Positions 20,039 to 30,642 are shown, counted from the stretch's first letter. The stretch is DNA of 61,049 nucleotides from an uncultured Anaerolineales bacterium (GCA_903873975.1 CAIQQN010000294.1:1-61049); one strand, 5' to 3'. The notes: generated by a model from the letters alone, not told the origin. A program made the numbers and translations.

Positions 20039-20100
20039 AATTAGACTCTGGAACGCGGAACGCTCGTTAGACCTTTTTCTTCTTATTTAAGGAGGAATAC

Positions 20101-21204
20101 ATGAAGAATTCGTTTCTACTCATTGTTGGAATTTTGTTTTTGTTCTTGGCGGCCTGCGGTCCTTCACCGGAGCAGGTGGCCACCATGACCGCCTCAGCCT
20201 GGACACCAACGCCCAAGCCAACTGCCACAGCCACGGCAACATTTACGCCCACTCCCATACCATACGACCTAACCATGTCCATTGTGGATGAAGCCGGCGC
20301 AGCGATCGGGGGTGCGAGCATCATTTTCCCTGAATCGGGCAAGAGTGAAGCTGTGGTGGCGGACGCGATGGGAAAATACACTTGGACAAACCTGCCCGGC
20401 GCAGAGATCACGCTCAATGTAACTGCGCAGGGATACTTGCCAACCCAACAGACTGCGACCTTGGAGCGCGGCCCGTCAGATATTTCTGTGGCGATGAAAC
20501 GCGACCCATACGGTCTCTTAGCTACGACAGCCTGTGCACCCGCAGAGAAATTGCTGTACATGGAAGATTTCCAGGATGGACAAACCGACATGAAACACTG
20601 GGGAAGTGCAGGTCGTAGTCCAGTACCGCTTGGTCCTGCACCGGACGAAGTCGGAAATACGATTCTCATCCACGACATGACAACCCCCAACAACGATATG
20701 TCCACAGCCTATAAAAGTGACCCAGCAAATGCACCTATTAAGTTTGGTGATTCAGTATGGCGTATGCACTTTATGCTAACTACGGAGACGGATTGGGGTC
20801 TGGGATGGAACGATTCGGGCCCCAATGAGTTCGGCGGGATCACAACCAGTCAGTCGGATTATGGGATTATGTTTAACACCGGTCGTCATATCATTGTCCT
20901 GCGTGACATTTACGATGCAAATGGTCAACCGGTCCATAACTTGGGGAAGCCTGGCCTTGTGGACAAAGTTTTGATTCTCAAAACCAATGTCTGGCACTAC
21001 CTGGAAATCTCTACCTACCAGGGCCGGCTGCAAGTTTGGCTAGACGGGGTGAGTGTCGTAGATGTTCAGGATGAGATGCCTCTTCCATCCGGCGGATTTA
21101 ATATAGGGGGTGGACAAAGCGGGATTCTCTACTATGATGCCATCGCCGTCTGCGGACTGAGCGCACCGTTCACGTCCATGCCCGCACCTATACCGGTACC
21201 ATAA
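20101..21204 (+). CDS. Lipoprotein: carboxypeptidase-regulatory-like domain plus concanavalin/DUF1080-like beta-sandwich
   Basis: Lipobox LFLAACG and a Thr/Pro linker. A CarboxypepD_reg-like segment (SIVDEAG..GKYTWTNLPGAEITLNVTAQGY) is followed by a C-terminal LamG/DUF1080-like pattern (RLQVWLDGVSVVD..GGFNIGGGQSGILYYDAIAV). Confidence 0.6.
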   Translation: MKNSFLLIVGILFLFLAACGPSPEQVATMTASAWTPTPKPTATATATFTPTPIPYDLTMSIVDEAGAAIGGASIIFPESGKSEAVVADAMGKYTWTNLPGAEITLNVTAQGYLPTQQTATLERGPSDISVAMKRDPYGLLATTACAPAEKLLYMEDFQDGQTDMKHWGSAGRSPVPLGPAPDEVGNTILIHDMTTPNNDMSTAYKSDPANAPIKFGDSVWRMHFMLTTETDWGLGWNDSGPNEFGGITTSQSDYGIMFNTGRHIIVLRDIYDANGQPVHNLGKPGLVDKVLILKTNVWHYLEISTYQGRLQVWLDGVSVVDVQDEMPLPSGGFNIGGGQSGILYYDAIAVCGLSAPFTSMPAPIPVP

Positions 21205-21209
21205 AGTCT

Positions 21210-21238
21210 TTGACATTCTTGCATTCCCGTGCTAAACT
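21210..21238 (+). promoter_or_regulatory. Putative promoter TTGACA-N17-TAAACT upstream of mtnA
   Basis: Perfect -35 TTGACA at 21210-21215, a 17-nt spacer, then TAAACT at 21233-21238. Confidence 0.4.
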
Positions 21239-21253
21239 TTGCCCGTTTCCACT

Positions 21254-21279
21254 GGCGCTCTCGGAGGAGAGCGCCTTTT
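21254..21279 (+). terminator. GC-rich hairpin plus T4 (terminator of the lipoprotein gene and/or a 5' stem-loop of the mtnA mRNA)
   Basis: 9-bp perfect stem ggcgctctc / gagagcgcc, loop ggag, then tttt. It lies 12 nt before the mtnA ATG. Confidence 0.55.
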
Positions 21280-21291
21280 CCTGCGAGTCAA

Positions 21292-22368
21292 ATGCGAACC
21301 GTTTACTGGGAATCCGACTCTGTAAGAATGATCGATCAGCGCCGCCTACCGGCAGCGTTGGAAGTTATCACTTTACATACTCATATGGAAGTGGCTGAAG
21401 CTATCCTAAATATGATCGTACGCGGAGCGCCAGCCATTGGCGCGGCAGCCGGTTTCGGGTTGGCGCTTGCTGCCAACGAATCGCGCGCTCAATCCAGCTC
21501 ACGATTCTTTTCAGATCTGGAAAGTGCTGCAAAAATCCTGAAAGCCTCGCGTCCGACGGCGGTCAACCTAGCCTGGGCATTGGATCGAGTCCTGCGGGTT
21601 GCCCACGCTGCAACCGGTTCTGTGGAAGATTTACGTGTTCTCGTTCTTGATGAAGCACAACGGATTGCCGACGAAGATGTGGCTGTCAATAAGCGTATGG
21701 GCGAGCACGGAGCGGCGCTGATTGACGATGGAGACACCATTATCCATCATTGCAACACCGGCGCGCTGGCCGTGGTGGACTGGGGCACGGCCCTGGGTGT
21801 CATCCGAACGGCGCACGAACAGGGTAAGCGAGTCCATGTTCTGGTAGATGAGACACGTCCGCGTTTACAGGGGTCACGGCTGACAGCCTGGGAGTTGGGC
21901 CAGTATGGCATTCCTTATGAGATCATTTCTGATAATATGGCCGGTTATTTCCTGCGGACCGGCCAGGTGCAAAAAGTCCTTTTCGGCGCGGACCGGATTG
22001 CTGCCAACGGCGACGTAGCGAACAAAATCGGCACATACATGTTGGCGCTGGCAGCCCACGATAACGGAGTCCCGGTATACTCAGTGGCTCCCACGTCTTC
22101 AATTGATCTGACACTCTCGGAGGGCAGTCTTATTTTCATCGAAGAGCGCGATCCGGATGAGGTTTTAGCGATACAATTCCACGGCGAGAGAGTTGCTCCG
22201 GAAGGAGCGAAAGCGCGCAACCCGGCTTTCGATGTGACACCCAACCGATTGATCACTGCGATTGTGACAGAGAATGGGATTGTGAAACCGCCTTTTGATG
22301 TAAATCTATCGAAAATAAAGCGCATAACCATAAAGCAACAATACCAAAAAAAAACTAAAACTTTATGA
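21292..22368 (+). CDS. mtnA: S-methyl-5-thioribose-1-phosphate isomerase
   Basis: VRGAPAIGAAAGFGLALAA, RPTAVNLAWAL, HCNTGALA, VDETRPRLQGSRLTAWEL and GADRIAANGDVANKIGTY. Confidence 0.9.
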   Translation: MRTVYWESDSVRMIDQRRLPAALEVITLHTHMEVAEAILNMIVRGAPAIGAAAGFGLALAANESRAQSSSRFFSDLESAAKILKASRPTAVNLAWALDRVLRVAHAATGSVEDLRVLVLDEAQRIADEDVAVNKRMGEHGAALIDDGDTIIHHCNTGALAVVDWGTALGVIRTAHEQGKRVHVLVDETRPRLQGSRLTAWELGQYGIPYEIISDNMAGYFLRTGQVQKVLFGADRIAANGDVANKIGTYMLALAAHDNGVPVYSVAPTSSIDLTLSEGSLIFIEERDPDEVLAIQFHGERVAPEGAKARNPAFDVTPNRLITAIVTENGIVKPPFDVNLSKIKRITIKQQYQKKTKTL

Positions 22369-22413
22369 CTCAGAGCTTTGTGGTAGAAATTATTGCCAGA
22401 AGGATTCTCTACA

Positions 22414-23370
22414 ATGGATATACTATTAACCGGCTCTGTTGCTTACGATTACCTGATGACCTTCCCTGGTCTGTTCAAGGAGCAAATCCTCCCCGAACGA
22501 TTAGAGAAGATCAGCTTGTCTTTTTTAGTCGATTCCATGTCCCGCCACCGAGGCGGTGTGGCACCAAACATCGCGTACACGCTGGCATTGCTTGGTGAAC
22601 ACCCGCGTGTGATGGCGACGGTAGGTGAAGACTTCAGCGAGTACCGCAAGGGACTTGAAAGTGTTGGGGTGGACACTGCCTTGATGGAGGTTGTGGCGGG
22701 GGAGTTCACCGCATCATTCTTCGCCACGACAGACCGGTCCAATGCGCAACTGGCTTCATTTTACCAGGGGGCAATGGGAGTCGCCTCCAGTCAGAGCATC
22801 CTCCAAGCGAAGCCCCGCCCAGATCTGGTTATTGTCTCACCGAATGCTCCGGACGCAATGACCAAATTTGCTGCTGAGTGCCGCCAAGATAGCATTCCCT
22901 ACCTTTACGACCCGTCGCAGCAAATCCTGCGTCTTGGAGGCCCGGAGTTGGCACGCGACATGGAAGGAGCGCATTTCCTTTTTGTCAACGATTACGAGTT
23001 TGGGTTGATCTCCAAAAAGACAGGCTGGGACCTGGCACAGATGCTCCAGCACATCAAGGTGGTGGTGGTGACACGCGGCAAGGATGGCGCAGACCTGTAC
23101 ACTGGCAGCGAGCAGGTCTTCATCCCAACCGTCCCTGAACGACAAATTGTGGATCCGACTGGTGTGGGCGACGCTTTCCGCGGCGGGTTCCTGGCAGGCT
23201 ACTCGCATGGCTGGGACTGGAAGCTATGTGGACAGGTTGGGTCGCTGGCAGCGGTCTATTGCCTGGAGCAAAAAGGCTCTCAGAATCATATTTATACCCG
23301 TGCTGAGTTCGTGGAACGCTTCCGGGAACAATTTGATGATGGTGGTAAACTAAATGAGCTGCTCAAGTGA
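22414..23370 (+). CDS. PfkB-family carbohydrate/nucleoside kinase (adenosine-kinase-like by context)
   Basis: GGVAPNIAY, TRGKDGA and DPTGVGDAFRGGFLAG. The gene sits between mtnA and ahcY. Confidence 0.8.
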   Translation: MDILLTGSVAYDYLMTFPGLFKEQILPERLEKISLSFLVDSMSRHRGGVAPNIAYTLALLGEHPRVMATVGEDFSEYRKGLESVGVDTALMEVVAGEFTASFFATTDRSNAQLASFYQGAMGVASSQSILQAKPRPDLVIVSPNAPDAMTKFAAECRQDSIPYLYDPSQQILRLGGPELARDMEGAHFLFVNDYEFGLISKKTGWDLAQMLQHIKVVVVTRGKDGADLYTGSEQVFIPTVPERQIVDPTGVGDAFRGGFLAGYSHGWDWKLCGQVGSLAAVYCLEQKGSQNHIYTRAEFVERFREQFDDGGKLNELLK

Positions 23371-23409
23371 TTTGGTAATCAGGGAATATTCCAAATCATT
23401 TTTACCTGA

Positions 23410-24702
<1,293 letters not shown>

Positions 24703-24709
24703 AAGTATT

Positions 24710-24744
24710 TGACCGTCTCCTTTCAGGAAACGGTCACTATTTTC
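24710..24744 (+). terminator. Probable terminator after ahcY
   Basis: 7-bp stem tgaccgt / acggtca followed by ctatttt. Confidence 0.5.
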
Positions 24745-24927
24745 ATTGGATATAGTCTTGCAGGCGACAGTTCTCAAGTCCTTTGAACTCGGAAATTGGT
24801 TTACTGCGGATAGCCAATTATTATTCAATTAATGTACCTCTTTTATAAGAGATATATATATAATAATTTCATGATCGGTGAAGTGATTGATTCAGTCATA
24901 CTTCAACCTAACCAAGGAATACTTGCA

Positions 24928-25596
24928 ATGAAACAAAAAAAGATTTCCCTGTTCTCCAAAATGCGAGAACCAGTCAATGGGTTGACACACCTCGGTGGGG
25001 CAATCGCTGCCTTCTTCGGGCAATTTGCCCTACTTATTATTGGCTGGGCTGGTACGGCAAAGATCATTTCTCTTTTGGTATACGGTCTCAGCTTAATCGC
25101 GTTATTCTCTGCCAGCGCCACCTATCACCTGGCGAAAGCTAAGCCAGCCATCCTTCAAACCTTACGGAAACTCGATCATTCGGCCATCTATTTGCTCATT
25201 GCTGGGACGTATACGCCTTTTTGCATCATTGCATTTACTGGGTTTTTTCGCTGGGGCCTATTGGCAATAACCTGGTCCTTCGCTTTAGCCGGGATCGTGG
25301 TCAAGATATTCTATGTGAAGGCGCCACGCTGGTTGAATGCGGTTGTGTACGTGGTGTTGGGATGGCTCTGCTTATCTGCGGTAGGACAGATGACAACAAC
25401 GCTACCGATTGGCAGCATAGTTTGGTTGATAGCCGGCGGCGTTGTGTATACACTGGGAGCTATCGTCTATGCCACGAAAATCTTCAACTTTGTACCAGGG
25501 AAATTTGGTTTCCACGAAGTCTGGCACATCTTTGTCCTGCTTGGCGCGCTGGCTCATTTTATCTCGGTATTCATGCTACTGACCAGGCCGATCTGA
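24928..25596 (+). CDS. Hemolysin III / PAQR-family channel protein
   Basis: Seven TM helices with NGLTHLGGAI, SATYH, LDHSAIYLLIAGTYTPF and HEVWHIFVLLGALAHF. The start is trimmed to ATG 24928. Confidence 0.85.
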   Translation: MKQKKISLFSKMREPVNGLTHLGGAIAAFFGQFALLIIGWAGTAKIISLLVYGLSLIALFSASATYHLAKAKPAILQTLRKLDHSAIYLLIAGTYTPFCIIAFTGFFRWGLLAITWSFALAGIVVKIFYVKAPRWLNAVVYVVLGWLCLSAVGQMTTTLPIGSIVWLIAGGVVYTLGAIVYATKIFNFVPGKFGFHEVWHIFVLLGALAHFISVFMLLTRPI

Positions 25597-25622
25597 GTCG
25601 AAAACCATTGATCCTCTAAATT

Positions 25623-25655
25623 AAACGCCTCGTAATTAATGATTGCGAGGCGTTT
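25623..25655. terminator. Bidirectional terminator between convergent genes
   Basis: 10-bp perfect stem aaacgcctcg / cgaggcgttt. It is T-rich on the + side and has ttt-aattt on the - side. Confidence 0.65.
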
Positions 25656-25674
25656 TCTTAATCCATTTTGTATT

Positions 25675-27297
25675 TCATTCTCCCTTTTTCTTTTCATAAT
25701 CACTATACCCACCGATATATTCCTTCACATGTCCTTCCTCCAGAGCTAGGATGCGCTTCACCGTACGATCCAGGAAGTAACGGTCATGGGAGATAACCAG
25801 TACCGTACCGACGAAGTCATCCAATTCGTTTTCCAACACTTCGGCGGAAGGGATATCGAGGTTGTTAGTAGGCTCGTCGAGCAGTAGGAAATTGGCATTT
25901 GAAAGGACCAGCAAGGCCAATTGCAGGCGCGACCGTTCGCCGCCGGAGAGGGTGCGAATATTTTCGCTGGCTTGTTTGTATGTGAACAGATAGCGTAGCA
26001 GGAACGCCACCGCATTAGACTCGCTCATCTCCCCAGCCCGGCGGATGGCGTCAAGCAACGTACTATTGAGATCGAGCGTTTCGTGTTCCTGAGCATAATA
26101 ACCCATCTTGATGCTGGGGCCGATCTTTACCTCGCCTGCGTCGGGGGCTTCTATCCCAAGGATGATCCGCAGAAGGACCGATTTTCCACTCCCATTTGGA
26201 CCAATCAGCCCGACCCGATCACCGTGACGGATGTGCAGACGGATACCTGAAAGAATTGGGCGGGAATAGGATTTCTGCACGTCCACCACTTCCAATACCT
26301 GGTTCGAACCGCGCCAACCGTTGAGTTCAAGCCCCATCTTGCGGCGTTCCAGTGTCGGGCGTTCGATCCGCTCCACGCGTTCCATACGGGCTTCCATTGC
26401 GTGGACACGGCTGGAGAATTTGTCACTAACCTGCACCCAGAGTTGGTACCGTTTGAGGGCCATTTCCATGCGGGCGATAGCGCGCTGTTGAATATGGAAC
26501 AATTCATCGGCGCGCGCCAAACGTTCCTGTTTATCGAGGATGTAATCTGTGTAATTGCCAAGAAAAGTCTTCAGGCAGCCGTCTTCGATTTCGGTAATGT
26601 GTGTCACAACTGCATCGAGTAAATATCGATCATGCGAAACCAGTACCACCGCGCCCGGGTAGTCGCGGATGAGTTCTTCAAGAAAGGCTTTTCCGGGCAG
26701 GTCAAGATGGTTATCGGGCTCATCGAGTAAAAGAACGTTGGGACGGATCAGTAAGAGGCGCGCCAGACCGATGAGCTTTTTCTGCCCACCCGAAAGTACT
26801 GCTACGGGTTTATTGAAGTCCGCTTCGGGCAATCCGAGTCCAAGAAGGAGATTACGAACTTGATCGGGGTAGGAGGCGCCTCCCAAGGATTCATATGCGT
26901 CCAAGGTCTTCTCGTGCAGTCCCAGGGTACGGGTGAGTGTTTTTGAGTCCTGATAAACGGAAGGATCGTACAACCGGCTCTCGATTTCTGCGAGTTCCAT
27001 TTCAAGTTCGGCGAAGCGCGGGTTGCCGTCCAATGCCAGTTGGAAAGCCATTGAGGATGGATCGAACTCCGATTGCTGTGGCAGGTAGCCAACCGTCAGG
27101 CCTTTGGCGCGGACCACCATTCCACCTGGTTCAGTAGCATAATCACCCACGATGAGCTTTAACAGGGACGATTTCCCGGCACCGTTGGGGCCGACTAAGC
27201 CGATCTTCTGGTCGTGCTGGATCTCCCAAGCCAGGTTGCTGAAGATTGCTTTTGCCCCCAGGATCAGGGTGGCGTGTTCGAGGCTGATGGATATCAT
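25675..27297 (-). CDS. ABC-F family ATPase (soluble, two cassettes; ribosome-associated class)
   Basis: Cassette 1: GPNGAGKSSLLK / LSGGQKKLIGLARLL / LLLDEPDNHLD. Cassette 2: GPNGSGKSVLLR / LSGGERSRLQLALL / LLLDEPTNNLD. The two are joined by an Arg/Glu-rich helical linker and there are no TM segments. ATG 27297 has GGAG 5 nt upstream. Confidence 0.9.
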   Translation of the reverse strand: MISISLEHATLILGAKAIFSNLAWEIQHDQKIGLVGPNGAGKSSLLKLIVGDYATEPGGMVVRAKGLTVGYLPQQSEFDPSSMAFQLALDGNPRFAELEMELAEIESRLYDPSVYQDSKTLTRTLGLHEKTLDAYESLGGASYPDQVRNLLLGLGLPEADFNKPVAVLSGGQKKLIGLARLLLIRPNVLLLDEPDNHLDLPGKAFLEELIRDYPGAVVLVSHDRYLLDAVVTHITEIEDGCLKTFLGNYTDYILDKQERLARADELFHIQQRAIARMEMALKRYQLWVQVSDKFSSRVHAMEARMERVERIERPTLERRKMGLELNGWRGSNQVLEVVDVQKSYSRPILSGIRLHIRHGDRVGLIGPNGSGKSVLLRIILGIEAPDAGEVKIGPSIKMGYYAQEHETLDLNSTLLDAIRRAGEMSESNAVAFLLRYLFTYKQASENIRTLSGGERSRLQLALLVLSNANFLLLDEPTNNLDIPSAEVLENELDDFVGTVLVISHDRYFLDRTVKRILALEEGHVKEYIGGYSDYEKKKGE

Positions 27298-27315
27298 GGT
27301 TACTCCGATTGTATC

Positions 27316-27350
27316 AAAAATAAAAACTGCTGCAGGGATACCTGCAGCAG
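27316..27350 (-). terminator. Intrinsic terminator inside the 5' leader of the ABC-F gene
   Basis: On the - strand: 10-bp perfect stem ctgctgcagg / cctgcagcag, loop tatc, then tttttatttttg. It ends 18 nt before the ABC-F ATG. No same-strand gene lies upstream, because typA diverges. Confidence 0.7.
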
Positions 27351-27445
27351 TTGGGGGAGTAGAACAAGAATAAAGATCTACTTTGGCGAACTCTCCGTTG
27401 TGCAGGCGCGATTCGATAAAGTCAGCACAGCGGTAAAATCGCAAA

Positions 27446-27508
27446 CTACCACGAACAAAATCCGGGACTTGCCTGGGTCGCTAAAAACATAGTGGGCGGA
27501 TTATATCA
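27446..27508 (-). promoter_or_regulatory. Extended -10 promoter (TGaTATAAT) plus a 14-codon upstream ORF at the head of the ABC-F leader
   Basis: On the - strand, TG at 27508-27507 and TATAAT at 27505-27500. An ATG at 27490 opens MFLATQASPGFCSW, ending at TAG 27448-27446. This ATG is only about 10 nt from the -10 box, so the uORF would be near-leaderless. Confidence 0.4.
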
Positions 27509-27598
27509 CGGGAAATAGAATTGATGCATTCCTCTACCCAAAACTCCTACAATCTGATAAGATACAGCCCGCACGCCGGAATCATAGTTTATCAAGTC

Positions 27599-27626
27599 AG
27601 GCCCCGGTCTCTACTCCGGGGTTTTT
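27599..27626 (+). terminator. Terminator-like hairpin in the typA 5' leader
   Basis: Stem ccccgg (27602-27607) / ccgggg (27616-27621), extendable by G-U and A-U pairs, followed by ttttt. It lies 64 nt upstream of the typA ATG, and no + strand gene sits upstream of it. Confidence 0.4.
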
Positions 27627-27690
27627 GTATGGAATATCGCAGCTGTGCACCTGGGTGGAAACCGTCCACCCCTACAAAGGTAAATGATAT

Positions 27691-29547
27691 ATGTTCAAAG
27701 AAAGAACCGACCTCCGAAATATCGCTATCATCGCCCATGTAGACCATGGCAAAACAACCCTGGTGGACGGCCTCCTGCGCCAGTCGCACACCTTCCGGGA
27801 TAATCAGCAGGTGGCAGAGCGCGTAATGGACTCCAATGATCTTGAACGTGAGCGAGGAATCACCATCCTGGCAAAAAATACCGCCATTACCATACCCGAC
27901 CCAGAAACGGGTCAGGTGGTTAAAATCAACATCGTGGATACCCCCGGGCATGCCGATTTCGGCGGCGAGGTGGAACGCGTCATGAATATGGTGGATGGCG
28001 TCCTACTCCTGGTGGATGCCGCCGAAGGCCCGATGCCGCAAACCCGTTTTGTGCTCAAGAAAGCCCTCGAGATGGGTCACAAAGCTGTGGTGGTCATCAA
28101 CAAAGTGGACCGTAAGGATGCCGAACCCGAACGTGTCGTCAACCAGACATTTGATCTTTTCATCGAATTAGGAGCCACTGACGAGCAGGCGGATTTCCCC
28201 ATTATCTACACCCAGGCGACCAGCGCCCAGGCCGGTTTCTCACCGGACCTCGGACCGGACCTCCAGCCGTTGTTCCAGACCATCCTGCGGCACATCCCTG
28301 CTCCCAGGGTAGACGCGGATGCGCCGTTACAGTTACTTGTCACTACCCTCGGTTACGATGATTACCGCGGCGTGACCGCCGTGGGCCGGATACATGCCGG
28401 TAAAATCAAAGTTGGGCAACCACTTGCGCGCCTGAAGATTGACGGTACAATCACGCCGGAGCGTGCTCGATATTTGTATGTGCACCAAGGATTAAACAAA
28501 GTCGAAGTGGAACAAGCCGAAGCCGGTGAGATTATTGCCCTGGCTGGGCTGGAAGGAATCGCAATTGGAGAGACCCTGGCTGATTCGGAAAACCCAGTTG
28601 CCCTGCCAACAATTAAAGTAGAAGAACCAACCGTTCGCATGACATTTGGGGTCAATACCTCACCGTTCTCAGGTATGGAAGGCCGGTGGAGCACCTCCCG
28701 CAAGTTGCGCGAGCGCCTGTTCGACGAATTGCGAACTAATGTTTCCCTGCGCGTACAGGAGACCGGCACTTCCGAAACGTTCCTCGTTTCCGGGCGCGGT
28801 GAGCTGCATCTGGCCATTCTGGTCGAGACCATGCGCCGGGAAGGGTATGAATTCCAGGTGTCCCGGCCGGAAGTGATTCTACGCAAAGCCGAAGATGGAA
28901 CCCTGCTTGAACCGTTCGAGGAAGTACACATCGAAACCAGCCCCGAGACGGTAGGGGTAGTTGTGGAAATGCTCGGGGGGAGGCGCGGTAAAATGATGGA
29001 TATGCAGGATACGGGTCAAGGGAGTGTGCGGCTGGTGTATATTGTCCCAACGCGCGGTCTGCTTGGTTTTCGTTACCAGTTCCTGACTGCCACGCGCGGC
29101 ATGGGTGTGATGAATACACTTTTCCACGGGTACGAGGAAATGGCTGGGCCAATGGCGACACGTTCCACAGGTTCACTGGTGGCTTGGGAAATGGGTGATA
29201 CCACTGCCTATGCCCTGAAGAGTGCAGAGGACCGGGGAACCCTTTTCTACGGTCCGGGTGTATCCGTCTATGAAGGGATGGTCATCGGAGAGAACGCCCG
29301 TCCTGGTGACATTCCAATAAATGTCTGCCGCAAGAAGCATTTGACCAACATGCGCTCGTCGCATGGCGACATGGAAATCCGCCTGACCACGCCGCGCCAG
29401 ATGAGTATTGACGAAGCGATTGAGTACCTGGCTGATGACGAATTGCTAGAAGTGACGCCACTTTCTTACCGCATTCGAAAACGCATCATGAATACCGATG
29501 AACGCGGTAAACAGGATAAGAAGGCCAAAGAAGCATTAGAAGAATAA
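27691..29547 (+). CDS. typA: Translational GTPase TypA/BipA
   Basis: [33 protein letters not shown] and NKVDR, with the full five-domain length (618 aa). Confidence 0.95.
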   Translation: MFKERTDLRNIAIIAHVDHGKTTLVDGLLRQSHTFRDNQQVAERVMDSNDLERERGITILAKNTAITIPDPETGQVVKINIVDTPGHADFGGEVERVMNMVDGVLLLVDAAEGPMPQTRFVLKKALEMGHKAVVVINKVDRKDAEPERVVNQTFDLFIELGATDEQADFPIIYTQATSAQAGFSPDLGPDLQPLFQTILRHIPAPRVDADAPLQLLVTTLGYDDYRGVTAVGRIHAGKIKVGQPLARLKIDGTITPERARYLYVHQGLNKVEVEQAEAGEIIALAGLEGIAIGETLADSENPVALPTIKVEEPTVRMTFGVNTSPFSGMEGRWSTSRKLRERLFDELRTNVSLRVQETGTSETFLVSGRGELHLAILVETMRREGYEFQVSRPEVILRKAEDGTLLEPFEEVHIETSPETVGVVVEMLGGRRGKMMDMQDTGQGSVRLVYIVPTRGLLGFRYQFLTATRGMGVMNTLFHGYEEMAGPMATRSTGSLVAWEMGDTTAYALKSAEDRGTLFYGPGVSVYEGMVIGENARPGDIPINVCRKKHLTNMRSSHGDMEIRLTTPRQMSIDEAIEYLADDELLEVTPLSYRIRKRIMNTDERGKQDKKAKEALEE

Positions 29548-29603
29548 AAATAGTGGGCAAGATAATTTATTGCGCCACGTGTGTTCGATATTTCTTTGCC
29601 TGG

Positions 29604-30098
29604 TCATATCTTTACTCTGACAACCTTACCTTTGGTCATCTTTAATAATATGGCAGGGGTCAATTCAAAAATAGCATTAGGTGTTCCAGCCGCGGCCCAG
29701 ATTTTACCGTATTGCAGAAGATCCTCGTCGAGATAAGTCTCCAGGGATTGAACGTGCCCAACCGGTGGTATACCGCCAATAGCGAAACCAGTTGTGGCGC
29801 GGACGAACTCTGCATCCGCGCGCCCGATAAATTCTCCAGCGTATCGGCTAATGTTACTCTCGTCCACGCGGTTGGCGCCGCTGGTCAGGACGAGTACAGG
29901 CTTAGCGGAAGCCAGTCCGCGGAAGATAAGCGACTTTACGATCTGCCCGATCTGGCAACCGACGCGCGCGGCGGCCTCGGCAGATGTACGCGTGCTGTCC
30001 TGAAATTCAATGACTTTGCAGTCAAATCCCAAGGCGAGCAGAGCGTTCTGTACTTTTCGAGCGGAAGGGTTGAGGATATTATCTTTATCGTTATCCAT
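29604..30098 (-). CDS. YbaK/EbsC-family aminoacyl-tRNA deacylase
   Basis: TRTSAEAAARVGC..IVKSLIF..GFAIGGIPPVGH. Confidence 0.85.
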   Translation of the reverse strand: MDNDKDNILNPSARKVQNALLALGFDCKVIEFQDSTRTSAEAAARVGCQIGQIVKSLIFRGLASAKPVLVLTSGANRVDESNISRYAGEFIGRADAEFVRATTGFAIGGIPPVGHVQSLETYLDEDLLQYGKIWAAAGTPNAIFELTPAILLKMTKGKVVRVKI

Positions 30099-30132
30099 GT
30101 TTCCTCACTGTGATAATCGAGAGCAGAATGGT

Positions 30133-30600
30133 TCATCGAATAAAAGCTGCTTCCTTTCCTGCCAGGGCATCGCGGACGCGTTCGGCGTGGCCATGGAACA
30201 AGTCCATCTCCAATGCCGCGTTAATGGGAAACCAGTCCACGCCAGTGGTCTCGTTGCTTAGACCGGGTTCTCCACTGAGGAGTTCCACTTCAAAATTCAA
30301 TGCCACGATGTGGGTTTGGTTTCCGTCAGGATAGACAATTACATGATGAGGGTTAGAATAGACGCCCGTCAGCCGGGCTACGCGCACACACAGCCCGGTT
30401 TCCTCCCATACTTCACGCTGACAGCCTTCGGACACCGATTCACCCGCCTCAATCATTCCACCAGGCAGGCACCACATCCCGTTGTCGGACCGGCGGGTGA
30501 GCAGAACTTTCGAGTGTTCTTTATTGAACAGAACTGCTGAGCAACCCAAGCGAAGTGTGCCCTGTTTGCCGATGCGCTCTCCATGAAGAATATGAGTCAT
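30133..30600 (-). CDS. NUDIX hydrolase
   Basis: Nudix box GGMIEAGESVSEGCQREVWEETGL. Confidence 0.85.
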   Translation of the reverse strand: MTHILHGERIGKQGTLRLGCSAVLFNKEHSKVLLTRRSDNGMWCLPGGMIEAGESVSEGCQREVWEETGLCVRVARLTGVYSNPHHVIVYPDGNQTHIVALNFEVELLSGEPGLSNETTGVDWFPINAALEMDLFHGHAERVRDALAGKEAAFIR

Positions 30601-30642
30601 GCACCCATTATACAGGAAGGTTACAAAAAAGCACCCTTCCTG

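Noticed and set aside
27298-27444. A 49-codon N-terminal extension of the ABC-F ORF from the TTG at 27444.
   Set aside because: The extension has no similarity to ABC-F N-termini and contains the terminator hairpin. The internal ATG 27297 has a well-spaced GGAG and opens with a typical ABC-F N-terminus (MISISLEH..).
27590-27630. An SRP (4.5S) RNA, because of the gtcaggcccc string.
   Set aside because: The conserved domain IV GGAA/GNRA tetraloop and its symmetric loop motifs are absent. The helix is only a short terminator-like stem.
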